A stretch of 64,000 bases of DNA from Candidatus Zambryskibacteria bacterium RIFCSPHIGHO2_01_FULL_46_25. Its GTDB lineage: Bacteria > Patescibacteriota > Minisyncoccia > Phycocordibacterales > Zambryskibacteraceae. Made by a program: the position numbers and the translations under genes. The stretch spans positions 70,413 through 134,412 of the forward strand of contig MHVH01000005.1 of NCBI GenBank assembly GCA_001825155.1. Direction: 5' to 3'. Every line of letters begins with the position of its first letter. The first letter of the stretch is position 1. Of the stretch, positions 45,428 to 54,003 are shown in pieces. A model generated the notes under the pieces. It was not told where the DNA came from. It saw only the letters and a program-made list of their open reading frames with translations, and did no database searches.

Positions 45428-45940
45428 ATGATTGCAACAATTTTTCCACTTCTTGGCATCATGGCATTCCTTCTCCTTTGGATCCACTCGATGATGGGGG
45501 TCTTCGAGCCATGGCTAAGACCTCGGATGCCTTTCGACGCCTTCGTCCACTACACGGCGCTCATCATCCTCTTTTGCATTGTCCTCCATCCCCTTCTGCT
45601 CCTCATACTCATCGAGTTCAATTTCGCACTACTCTTCTCCGGCAATCCACTGGCAATATCTCTGGGTGTTGCCGGCTTCCTCCTCCTCATCACATACGAC
45701 ATTGGCAAGGCGCTCAAACGTAGGGAATTCTTCACCCGACACTGGAACACCATATTGCTCATAAGCACAATCGGATTTATCCTTACTTTCTTTCACTCCC
45801 TCATGCTCGGGAGCCACTTGCAGTCCGGCCCCTTGCGCGCGCTCTGGATTTTTTTCGGCACGACCGCCATCCTCGCCACCATTTATACGTATGGGGTGAA
45901 GAGGTTAAGATATAATCAAAACAATGAAAAAAGATTTTGA
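45428..45940 (+). CDS. Hypothetical polytopic membrane protein
   Basis: ORF with ~5 TM. Confidence 0.4.
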   Translation: MIATIFPLLGIMAFLLLWIHSMMGVFEPWLRPRMPFDAFVHYTALIILFCIVLHPLLLLILIEFNFALLFSGNPLAISLGVAGFLLLITYDIGKALKRREFFTRHWNTILLISTIGFILTFFHSLMLGSHLQSGPLRALWIFFGTTAILATIYTYGVKRLRYNQNNEKRF

Positions 45941-46337
45941 TAATTGGAATAGGCGGAAGAAGCAGCTCCACAATAGCGAAGTGATAATCGATGCTCATCC
46001 TCGTGAAGTTTGGTGGTGCTCATTCGGTGTAAACATCGGAGCTGAGACTGATGGCGGAGACAAAAATTTTGAAAGGCCTTGTTTGATTCTAAAAGTTTAT
46101 AACCGAGAAACCATGTTGGCCCTGCCTATTACTGGCAAAGCTAAGCCAGATGATTTTCATTACAAAATTATAGTTACTAGGAAAAAGCCTAACTCTGAAG
46201 AACTAGAGAAAAGAGATGCCTGGGTAAAGCTTACTCAGTCACGAGTGATCAGTAATAAAAGATTGCTTCGTAAAGTAGATATGATTCCTGAAGCGGAGTT
46301 TATTGAAATTAGAAACAGATTTCAAAAGTTCGTGTAA
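45924..46337 (+). CDS. MazF/PemK-like toxin-fold protein (orphan; no antitoxin recognised)
   Basis: REVWWCSFGVNIGAETDGG...RPCLIL resembles the PemK/MazF N-terminal strands. AT-rich. Confidence 0.4.
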   Translation: MKKDFDNWNRRKKQLHNSEVIIDAHPREVWWCSFGVNIGAETDGGDKNFERPCLILKVYNRETMLALPITGKAKPDDFHYKIIVTRKKPNSEELEKRDAWVKLTQSRVISNKRLLRKVDMIPEAEFIEIRNRFQKFV

Positions 46338-46682
46338 AAACATCGGACCCCGCCATTGCTGGCGGGGTCCTCGGAGGCCGAAGCCCTAATGTAATTAGTA
46401 TAGACGTATCGGTTTAAAAGTCAATACGGGTGTGTATAAGCCAAAGGGACCCATTGCTGGGGCCCTAAAGCTAATGAAAGCCGCCGCACCGCAATTTAAG
46501 GAAAAGCAATTATGTACAGTATATCAGTATATTGTGCATTTGCGTTATAAGTTCCCGACCGTGAGGAGTTAACGTATGACAAATTTTCAAGACTTTTCAA
46601 CGGCTCACTCACTTGAGCCGTTCACACAATAAGCCTACGACCGTTTTCTTATTATGTGAAAAGCGAGGAAAGTCTTTGCTAA

Positions 46683-47252
46683 TTATTTTTTGACGGCTTC
46701 GGTAAATGTCAGCTTCGAATAGTCCTTATCGTTTATTCCTTCGAGCGCATAAATTTGCGTCGTGGAAAACTTCTTCATATTCGCCTTGTCCAGACCAAGC
46801 CATTCGATTGCCTTGTCTATTTCCTCCCAGCTATCCGCCTCGATTTCCAGATACGGGTCGAGAAGCGGCCACTCGTCGATATCGAACTCGATGCCGTCTT
46901 TTTCGTAACGAGTGCGCTTATTCTCAAAATAGAATTTATTTGCCAACCCAAGTTCATAGAGAAAAGCCGCCGTCTCACCAAAATCGCTTACTGCAAATTC
47001 GATCTCCTTCATTCCCGCATCATTGCCTGAATTTCCTCGTCTTCCCAAGCGCTGTTTGAAAGAAAGCATGATTTTATCACTCTCATCACGCAGGCGAATC
47101 CAGGCACCCTTTTTATCAAGGCTTAGGTCCGGGTAATCGAAAACCTGTCGTTTGTAGAAATATTCCCCTACTTTTTTAGCTCCAAGTTCAACAAGTTTTT
47201 TCTCCAAAGCCTCCTTATCGACTTTTAGAAATTTAACTTCTATTTCTTCCAT
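46683..47252 (-). CDS. CYTH-domain protein (class IV adenylyl cyclase/triphosphate tunnel metalloenzyme family)
   Basis: An EIEVKF start, and an IRLRDE...LSFKQ segment consistent with the CYTH tunnel fold. Confidence 0.65.
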   Translation of the reverse strand: MEEIEVKFLKVDKEALEKKLVELGAKKVGEYFYKRQVFDYPDLSLDKKGAWIRLRDESDKIMLSFKQRLGRRGNSGNDAGMKEIEFAVSDFGETAAFLYELGLANKFYFENKRTRYEKDGIEFDIDEWPLLDPYLEIEADSWEEIDKAIEWLGLDKANMKKFSTTQIYALEGINDKDYSKLTFTEAVKK

Positions 47253-47338
47253 GTGGTCTAGGATAACACAACTGGACGAGTGGATGGAATTTTCAATAAT
47301 TAGGTTATAATTGAATTATAAAAATAATTTAAATTTTA

Positions 47339-47401
47339 TGGCAAAAGGAAACAACCGCCAGCAGAAGAAAGTAAAGAAGCCAAAGAAGAGCAAGAAGTAG
47401 C
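47339..47401 (+). CDS. Candidate 20-aa lysine-rich micro-protein (MAKGNNRQQKKVKKPKKSKK)
   Basis: A tiny ORF preceded by two TATAAT-like boxes. There is no SD, so coding status is uncertain. Confidence 0.2.
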
Positions 47402-47407
47402 TTTAAG

Positions 47408-47620
47408 CTAAGCGTGATCGGCTGTCGTGGGCTTCTTCGGGATGATGAGGATGGCGAAGATGTATGCCACTACACCCGGCACGAAGCCGGTGAAGACGAC
47501 TATAAGGAGCCACAGGAGGCGCAGAAGCACGGAGTCAATGTCGAAGTATTCCCCCAATCCTCCGCAAATCCCCGCGAACACCTTGTCGGTATTGCTCCTA
47601 TAAAGCTTTTTGTGTGCCAT
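47408..47620 (-). CDS. PspC-domain membrane protein
   Basis: VFAGICGGLGEYFDID plus a TM. Confidence 0.7.
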   Translation of the reverse strand: MAHKKLYRSNTDKVFAGICGGLGEYFDIDSVLLRLLWLLIVVFTGFVPGVVAYIFAILIIPKKPTTADHA

Positions 47621-47654
47621 GGGGATATTATAGCAAATTTTAATTCTGAAACTT

Positions 47655-47740
47655 GGCTACATTATACGACCAAGTTAGAACCTGTTTCTAGCAGAACAAT
47701 TGATCGCGCGCCCTGCGGGCGTGCTCGCCTCGGGCTGTTA
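47655..47740. repeat. Left arm of a ~85-bp inverted repeat pair (partner at ~50430..50517)
   Basis: The core GGCTACATTATACGACCAAGTTAGAACCT is near-identical in reverse orientation at ~50488..50516. An imperfect extension includes a GCGCGCC...GGCGCGC hairpin. The arm carries an outward-facing TATAAT. Confidence 0.55.
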
Positions 47741-48027
47741 CCGTTAGGGCTATGAGCGCCTAAACGCCTAGGTTCAGGCATTTCTAGCGAACGGCTCAAA
47801 ATTACCATTATTGACCAGAACGGCACTTTCGGCCTCGGTAGGGATTTCTGGGGCCACAGGTGGCACAGCGATAGGTTCAGAAGTGCTTGATGGAAGTGAT
47901 GCATCAAGGGTAGGCTCTTGGTGGCTTGGTGGAGTAGATATTTCTTCGGGAATGGGGTTTTGAGGTTCGTCAGGCATAAAAAATATTTTAACAGACTTTA
48001 ATTATCCCCAAGTTTATCGTTTAATCA

Positions 48028-48056
48028 TTGACTTTTCATTGATTCACCGCTATGAT
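48028..48056 (+). promoter_or_regulatory. Sigma70-type promoter (TTGACT, 17 bp spacer, TATGAT)
   Basis: A consensus-like promoter with no downstream plus-strand CDS. Confidence 0.45.
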
Positions 48057-48062
48057 GGCTAT

Positions 48063-48152
48063 GGTGCTTGTGAGGGCTTCGGCTCTCCCGCGGTTAAGTA
48101 TAAACTGCAGCCAAGTACCATCAAAGCACATCGCGCAAGCGGTGTTTTTTGA
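48063..48152 (+). ncRNA. Candidate ~90-nt small RNA
   Basis: It starts after the promoter above. It contains a GGGC-UUCG-GCUC tetraloop hairpin. Its 5' and 3' segments pair (GGUGCUUG / CAAAGCAC, CCAUCAAA / UUUGAUGG). It ends in a T6 run. Confidence 0.3.
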
Positions 48153-48175
48153 TGGTAAATTTATTTGATAATAAC

Positions 48176-48664
48176 TCAGTCATTTTCAGGGTTTCCGCTA
48201 TACATAACTCTCTCATTGGTGTTCTTATTAGTTCCCCAGAATGGTATTAGACTCCAAAAGAATTTCTCACCTCCCTCCACCTCTTTGACTATAACTTTCA
48301 GTCTAATTTTTGAACCGCGCGATTCCATGACGGCGATAAATTCATAGTAAGTGGTAACTTTCATCACTTTTTCCCAACGACTATTTATCTTAACTCTTTC
48401 AATCTTTTTCGTAGTCCATATTCCTTGTAGAGTTTTAGATTGACTTATAATTTCTGGAGCTAGTTTTATATGTCTAAATCTTGCAAACTGATCGTTTGAA
48501 ACACGAGTGTTATTCCAACTTTTAAATACTAGGTGGTCCCATCCTTTTACATTAAAATGTACGTCACCTGCAAAATAAGGACAACGAACTTTACCAATTT
48601 TCTTATAAAAATCTTCAGCCAGATTTTTTACCTCATTAAATTTCTCAACTGTAAATTCCATCAT
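48176..48664 (-). CDS. Hypothetical protein (162 aa), AT-rich
   Basis: ORF only. Confidence 0.4.
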   Translation of the reverse strand: MMEFTVEKFNEVKNLAEDFYKKIGKVRCPYFAGDVHFNVKGWDHLVFKSWNNTRVSNDQFARFRHIKLAPEIISQSKTLQGIWTTKKIERVKINSRWEKVMKVTTYYEFIAVMESRGSKIRLKVIVKEVEGGEKFFWSLIPFWGTNKNTNERVMYSGNPEND

Positions 48665-48733
48665 ACATCATAAATTATATTACTTTGTTAGTTTCTTTCA
48701 TAATCCTGTCAGTTTCAACAAGAGCGACAATAA

Positions 48734-50017
48734 TTATAAACTACAACTCTTCGTCGAAGTTCCACCCTTCTCATTACGGAAGATACAAAGAAATTGATTA
48801 ACATGAGCATTATAAGAACTCATGAAATCTATTTGGTCAGGAGATAAACCGCGATTCTCTTCCATAATTTTTACTACCTCCTTTAACTGAAAGAGTATTG
48901 AATCTAAAACCATTAAGGATTTAGAGAAATTTGGATTAGTGGCTACAAGTGAAATGTGTTCGGTATAAATATCCTCCATCTCTTTCAATGCTTCTTGCCA
49001 TGATGTCAGTACTTCCGACTTATATTTCGGTAGCTTATCCTTATATGCTTGAACTTTCTCATCATAATCATCCATAAATTGCCTCTCTTCAATAGAAAGG
49101 TCGTTGTTTTTCTCCATTGCCACAAGTATGGATTTTAATTGAAAGTGTATGGAATCTAAGGCTGAAATTGATTCGGTAAAATCAGTCCCTCTAACTTTAA
49201 GTGATGCTTGCGATGTCTCCACATCTTTTAGTGCGACTTGCCACGAGGCCAATACCTCAGGCGTATATTTTGGTAATTTCTCATTTAAATAAACACCGAC
49301 AGAAATGAATAATATTACTATTAATACGAAAACACTCATTTCTTTTTTAGGTGTTTTTGTATCTTTCTTGAAAACAATGTAAATCAAAACTAATGCCAGA
49401 ACCCACGTAATAGAAAAACTAAAAATAGTTCCCCAATCATCCCAATGTATTACTGATAGGTTGAAAATAGCATGAAAAACAATTGCCAAAGTAAGTGCAA
49501 GAGTTGTAATAACGACACGCTTTCTTACAGATTTGTAAAATGAGAATGCTAAGGCGACTCCGATAATGCTACTTGCAACTACGTGTAAGAGACTTGCCCC
49601 AATAAAGCGTAAATTACCAGTGATAACGCTTCGAGTGGTATCTTCTCCAATAAGCGGTCCGACGACATAGAGAACATTTTCTAAAGCGGCAAAACCAAGT
49701 GCCGCTACTATCATATAAATTAGTGTCTTTGCCCTATCAATTTTAAGGAACTTAATAGCACATAAGACTACAGACAACTTAATAACTTCCTCCACAGTAG
49801 CCCATAAGAAAAGGACGATTGGTGGTGAGCCTGGGATAAATATGCTAAATGCTTTCTGAAATGGGAGAGCGAATAATACTGCAATAGCTCCACCCACAAA
49901 GACAAATATTGCGGACTTATTATCAAGACTCTGTTTTCTCGTCCAAAACCATACCCATATCAGTATGGAAATTGAACTTGCTACGACTGCGATGGAAATT
50001 GGATAAGCTAACTGCAT
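48734..50017 (-). CDS. PrsW-family intramembrane protease-like protein with two ~75-aa tandem extracytoplasmic repeats
   Basis: EExxK (VEEVIKL), FAALEN and HVVxS/HAIFN motifs sit in TM helices. The C-terminus has duplicated LPKYxxEVLxSWQxALK...LDSIxFQLK units. Confidence 0.5.
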   Translation of the reverse strand: MQLAYPISIAVVASSISILIWVWFWTRKQSLDNKSAIFVFVGGAIAVLFALPFQKAFSIFIPGSPPIVLFLWATVEEVIKLSVVLCAIKFLKIDRAKTLIYMIVAALGFAALENVLYVVGPLIGEDTTRSVITGNLRFIGASLLHVVASSIIGVALAFSFYKSVRKRVVITTLALTLAIVFHAIFNLSVIHWDDWGTIFSFSITWVLALVLIYIVFKKDTKTPKKEMSVFVLIVILFISVGVYLNEKLPKYTPEVLASWQVALKDVETSQASLKVRGTDFTESISALDSIHFQLKSILVAMEKNNDLSIEERQFMDDYDEKVQAYKDKLPKYKSEVLTSWQEALKEMEDIYTEHISLVATNPNFSKSLMVLDSILFQLKEVVKIMEENRGLSPDQIDFMSSYNAHVNQFLCIFRNEKGGTSTKSCSL

Positions 50018-50086
50018 TTTGTATTATTTAAAAACCAAAGTATCTTTTTATAAAATAATATTTAAATCAGTTACTCACTTTTCTTT

Positions 50087-50338
50087 TTACCAACCAAGCT
50101 TATTTTTTAGGCAATCAATACAATTTATATTTTCTTTAACCACTGATTTGATATTATTCTCATCGAGCATTATTCCACAGAGAGCCACACCACTCTTTTG
50201 AGGCACGTTTTGATTGTTAAGTGGTCCCCCTTTATGTTTAATGCGTTCCCAATGGGTTATTTTTTTCATTTTATTGGACTGGTATTTATTAAAATTATTA
50301 TCACAATTGTTCACCCTATTATACAATGAATTTTTCAC
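50087..50338 (-). CDS. Hypothetical small protein (83 aa), AT-rich
   Basis: ORF only. Confidence 0.3.
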   Translation of the reverse strand: MKNSLYNRVNNCDNNFNKYQSNKMKKITHWERIKHKGGPLNNQNVPQKSGVALCGIMLDENNIKSVVKENINCIDCLKNKLGW

Positions 50339-50429
50339 CTTCGCCCCTTTCCGCTCATACCACTCAAAAAAGTCTTATCACCGCGAAAATTAAAATAGTA
50401 TGATAAGCGGAAAGGGGCGAGGGTTCGCC

Positions 50430-50517
50430 GAGCGAAGCGAGGCGTTAGCGCGCCGAAGGCGCGCGGTTAATGGTTCTGCTGGAAATAGGTTCTAACTTGG
50501 TCGTATAATGTAGCCCG
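50430..50517. repeat. Right arm of the inverted repeat pair
   Basis: See 47655..47740. It lies ~95 bp from the 3' end of tRNA-Gln. Confidence 0.55.
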
Positions 50518-50611
50518 AATAAAACTCACATCATTTTCAGAGAATTTTTCTCGCGCGGCGCGGAGCGCCGCGCGCCAGAATTTTAGTCCTGACGAAGTAA
50601 GTCACATTCGG

Positions 50612-50682
50612 GCTGCCGGACTTGGACTCGAACCAAGATACTCGCCTCCAGAGGGCGATGTCCTACCATTAGACGATCCGGC
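50612..50682 (-). tRNA. tRNA-Gln (anticodon CTG)
   Basis: Minus strand TGCCGGA-TC-GTCT-AATGGTA-GGAC-A-TCGCC-CTCTGGA-GGCGA-GTAT-CTTGG-TTCGAGT-CCAAG-TCCGGCA-G, with a U1-A72 pair as in bacterial tRNA-Gln. Confidence 0.8.
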
Positions 50683-50777
50683 AATACGGGCTCAGATTAC
50701 ATTAAAAATCGGTTGTTTTCAATACATAGATTAAGAAAAGGGCCGTCGCTACGGCCCCTTTCGGGAATTCTTTTGAT

Positions 50778-50969
50778 TTATTTCGTCGGTTTGACGCCTT
50801 CCGCCTGTTTCGGCTTCAGACGCCAGAGCTTCTCGAGCATATCGCCCTCTTCCCCGCACCCCTTGCAGACGTCGATGTGATAGCCCCCCTCGCATGCATT
50901 CGAACAGTCGTGTCCAGGCTTGCCCCACGGCACTTCGCACATCAAACAAATACACCAAGTTACCTTCAT
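50778..50969 (-). CDS. Small Cys-rich protein (63 aa, 7 Cys; putative metal-binding/zinc-ribbon)
   Basis: MKVTWCICLMCEVPWGKPGHDCSNACEGGYHIDVCKGCG.... A perfect GGAGGTG SD lies 4 nt before this ATG; the track ORF starts 10 codons earlier. It sits directly downstream of ftsX. Confidence 0.45.
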   Translation of the reverse strand: MKVTWCICLMCEVPWGKPGHDCSNACEGGYHIDVCKGCGEEGDMLEKLWRLKPKQAEGVKPTK

Positions 50970-51046
50970 AATCACCTCCGACGAGTCTTTCTCTACCATA
51001 CCACAGCCGCGTTTGGGTGTAATTATAGTCTGTGCACAACGCCGAT

Positions 51047-51988
51047 TTAGACTTTCAAGTATTTCCTTATTGCCAGAATACTCGACAACGCTCCGATAAT
51101 TATACCAGCGGACATGATGATAAGAGCAATCTCGGCAAAGCTCGCCAGATAGTAAGAGAAAATATTGAATCCGGTAAAGAAGCTCTCCGTTGCTCCCCCA
51201 AGCCAGTATGTAATGGGGAAAAAGAGTATGAGCGCCAAGAGTCCCGCCACCACTCCGTAGATAATTCCAACCATAACGAACGGTCCTTGGATATAGGCTG
51301 TGGAGGCGCCCACAAGCCTCATAACACTTATCTCATCCTTGGCTATGTAGATAGTCAAGCGAATAGTGTTGAAAGCGATAAGCATGGATATGACCGCGAG
51401 AATGATAGTGAGAGCGAAGCCAAGCCTGTCCGCAGAATCTATAATCTTGGCGAGTTTGTCTATGGCTGTTTTGTTCTGGAAATAATTTACCCTGTCGATG
51501 ATGCTGATACCTTTCTCCGAGAGGGCGCTGCCGCTTTCAAGGAATTCCGCCACCGAGGCGTATTGGGAAGGATTGCGAGCCTTGATATTGAGGACTGCTC
51601 CCAAGGGGTTCTCCCCCAGCTCATCAAGAGCCGCGAGTATCGCCTGGTCGTTTGCATGCCTATTTTTGAACGCCGTCAGAGCCTCTTCGCGGGAAATGTA
51701 TGTTACGAGAAGCACTTCCTGCAGGGACTCGAGCGAATGCTTGATCTCGAGAACGTTCTCTTCCGATGCCGTGGGGACGAAGGTAACATTGATATCAATC
51801 TTGTCGCGTAATTCCGCAAGAGACGTCTCAAGTATCGCGCCAGAGAAGAAAATAAGACCGATAGTCATAAGCGTTACCATCATGACGAGGACGGAAGCAA
51901 GTGATACAGTGCCATTCCTCCAGAAATTGAAGAAGCCCGTGCGCATGACCCTCTTCAAATTCGTCCAGTACATTTCTTTGCCTGACAT
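51047..51988 (-). CDS. ftsX: Cell-division ABC transporter permease FtsX
   Basis: Four TM with a large periplasmic loop. It follows ftsE. Confidence 0.8.
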   Translation of the reverse strand: MSGKEMYWTNLKRVMRTGFFNFWRNGTVSLASVLVMMVTLMTIGLIFFSGAILETSLAELRDKIDINVTFVPTASEENVLEIKHSLESLQEVLLVTYISREEALTAFKNRHANDQAILAALDELGENPLGAVLNIKARNPSQYASVAEFLESGSALSEKGISIIDRVNYFQNKTAIDKLAKIIDSADRLGFALTIILAVISMLIAFNTIRLTIYIAKDEISVMRLVGASTAYIQGPFVMVGIIYGVVAGLLALILFFPITYWLGGATESFFTGFNIFSYYLASFAEIALIIMSAGIIIGALSSILAIRKYLKV

Positions 51989-52012
51989 GTTACTTGTAGT
52001 GAGTTTATCGAA

Positions 52013-52714
52013 CTATTTAATGAAATATTTGCCGCTCTTGTCGTCGCGGACAATCCTGCCCTTGTCCATGGCGATGACGCGCTTGCCGAGTGAATCTATT
52101 ATACCCTTGTTGTGCGTGGTAAGAATGACGATGGTGCCAAGGTCATTAATCTTCTTTAATATCTGGACAACGTCGTAGGTATTAACAGGGTCAAGATTCC
52201 CCGTGGGCTCATCCGCGATAATAACATCCGGCTCGTTGACGAGTGCCCGCGCGATGGCCACTCTCTGCTTCTCTCCGCCGGAGAGCTCTCGGGGGAAATT
52301 CCAAATTTTATTTGACAGGTCAACCAAGTTAAGCACGTGTGGCACGTCCTGCTCGATTTCCTCGTCGCTTCTGCCGGCCGCCTCCATGGTGAAGGCGATA
52401 TTCTCATAGACGGTCTTGTTCGGCAGGAGACGGAAATCTTGGAAAACCATACCAATCTTCCTGCGGAAATTATTGATAGCTTTCTTGTCTAGGGTGTGGA
52501 CATTCGTTTCGTCAAAAAAAATGGCCCCCTCAGTAGGCTTCTCCTCGGCCAGGAAGAGTTTGAGCAAAGTCGTCTTGCCGGCGCCCGATGGGCCGACTAT
52601 CGAGACGAATTCCCGCGGCTCTATGGAGAAGCTCACATTATCCAGAGCGACCGATTCATCGGGATAAACTTTTGATACGCGTTCAAAAGAGATCATTAAC
52701 AAACATTTTATCAC
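52013..52714 (-). CDS. ftsE: Cell-division ABC transporter ATPase FtsE
   Basis: Walker A (GPSGAGKTT), LSGGEKQR and Walker B motifs. The likely start is [11 protein letters not shown] at 52696. Confidence 0.85.
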   Translation of the reverse strand: MIKCLLMISFERVSKVYPDESVALDNVSFSIEPREFVSIVGPSGAGKTTLLKLFLAEEKPTEGAIFFDETNVHTLDKKAINNFRRKIGMVFQDFRLLPNKTVYENIAFTMEAAGRSDEEIEQDVPHVLNLVDLSNKIWNFPRELSGGEKQRVAIARALVNEPDVIIADEPTGNLDPVNTYDVVQILKKINDLGTIVILTTHNKGIIDSLGKRVIAMDKGRIVRDDKSGKYFIK

Positions 52715-52788
52715 GCACGTACGGTTGTAACAATAGAAAAAGGGCGGACCGCGTGGTCCGCCCCTTCACGGTTGCGCTACTGGCAATG

Positions 52789-53160
52789 TCAGCGGTCAAG
52801 ATCGAGAACGACCTTGATGGGAATACCGCGGCTGCCATATGGGCTCGTGTTGGCTATCACGTTATGACAGTCATCGGTATCAACATACAGACCCTCTGGC
52901 ATAGTCACGCATGGGTTGAGTGTAGCCCTGAGAAGATCGGGCTTGAATGCCGCAGTATCCATGGGCAGTGGACTCCTCATGGCCTCTGGATACCGTGCAT
53001 AGTATGCCGGCAACATTGCCTTCTGCCACTCGGCAATCTCGACCTTGAGCGCGGCGTTCTCTCGACGGGCCTTTTCCAGGTCCCAAGCCGCCACAGTATA
53101 GAGAAGCGTTAGAGCTGCGAGCATGAAAAGCGCCACGACGACTCCATTCCTTGGTGACAT
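52789..53160 (-). CDS. Membrane-anchored coiled-coil protein (FtsB/DivIC-like?) encoded by a high-GC3 gene
   Basis: Start at MSPRNG with a GGAGG SD 5 nt upstream. The promoter TTGACA, 17 bp spacer, TATAGT sits at ~53203-53231. TM, then a coiled coil (ARRENAALKVEIAEWQ). Confidence 0.4.
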   Translation of the reverse strand: MSPRNGVVVALFMLAALTLLYTVAAWDLEKARRENAALKVEIAEWQKAMLPAYYARYPEAMRSPLPMDTAAFKPDLLRATLNPCVTMPEGLYVDTDDCHNVIANTSPYGSRGIPIKVVLDLDR

Positions 53161-53288
53161 CTTGACCTCCAACGGCAAAGCCGCAATTTGCGTTCTTTTT
53201 TTACTATACACTTGATTATTTCTTCTGTCAAATCACACTATTAAACCAGGTGAAAACCTTCTTTTATTATTTTCAAATACTCCCCATT

Positions 53289-53324
53289 ACGTTATAATAT
53301 TACGAATGTAAGAAAGTAACGTAT
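53289..53324. repeat. Palindromic 36-bp element upstream of PaaX-like gene 2 (contains TATAAT and abuts the ATG)
   Basis: ACGTTATAATATTACGAATGTAAGAAAGTAACGTAT. A similar copy lies at ~53929..53964 (ACGTTATTTTCTTACGAATGTAGGATAATAACGTAT). Confidence 0.5.
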
Positions 53325-53889
53325 GGGTAACCTAGAGAATAGAATCAAGAAAAAACGCAGGAAAGAGAATTTGCAGAAAATAATTCTCGCCTCTGTCGCG
53401 GCCGCAGGCGTATTGAGTATTGGGCTTCTTGCCCCAAACGTTCTCAAGGCGATGGATAAATTAGGTATATTACCCAACCCGCGCCGGAGAGAATACATTT
53501 CTTCCTCTGGTTCCAAATTGGTAAAAAGAGGGTTGCTAAAATTCGAGGATGGGCATTATCAGCTGACAAGTCAAGGCGAGAAACTTCTGAGACGTTGGGA
53601 GTTGGCTGATTTTAAGTTAAAGAGGCCTAAGAGATGGGACAAGAAATGGAGGCTGATCGTATACGATATTGCCGAGAGAGGAAAAGGTAAAATACGAAGG
53701 CAAATATTTGAGTTGTTTAAGATCGCCGGTTTTTACAGATTGCAAAATAGCATCTGGGTTTACCCTTATGATTGTGAGGATATAATCGGATTGCTTAAGA
53801 CTGACTTTGGCGTAGGGAGAGAAATTTTATACATAATCGCCGACGAGATAGAGAATGATAAATATCTCCGTGATTATTTTGAAATTTAG
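53323..53889 (+). CDS. PaaX-like regulator, paralog 2
   Basis: WDKKWRLIVYDIAERGKGKIRRQIFELFKIAGFYRLQNSIWVYPYD. Confidence 0.55.
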   Translation: MGNLENRIKKKRRKENLQKIILASVAAAGVLSIGLLAPNVLKAMDKLGILPNPRRREYISSSGSKLVKRGLLKFEDGHYQLTSQGEKLLRRWELADFKLKRPKRWDKKWRLIVYDIAERGKGKIRRQIFELFKIAGFYRLQNSIWVYPYDCEDIIGLLKTDFGVGREILYIIADEIENDKYLRDYFEI

Positions 53890-53928
53890 ATTAAACTTTA
53901 GACAGGGCGTGGGCACATTACATGCCAT

Positions 53929-53964
53929 ACGTTATTTTCTTACGAATGTAGGATAATAACGTAT
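53929..53964. repeat. Second copy of the paralog-2 palindromic element, in the promoter region of the 54004 gene
   Basis: It lies ~40 nt upstream of the ATG at 54004. Confidence 0.5.
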
Positions 53965-54003
53965 TAAGCAACCTGCCAAAATTATTTATGGTATTATTTT
54001 GAT

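Noticed and set aside
46340-46682. 340-bp non-coding gap between the MazF-like gene and the CYTH gene, with GC hairpins (GGACCCCGCC...GGCGGGGTCC; AACGGCTCA...TGAGCCGTT)
   Set aside because: The hairpins are plausible convergent-gene terminators. No promoter or conserved structure was convincing enough to call an RNA.
48063-48152. SRP (4.5S) RNA assignment for the small transcript
   Set aside because: It shares the GCAGCCAAG stretch and 5'/3' pairing, but it lacks the conserved domain IV asymmetric loops and the GNRA-capped helix 8.
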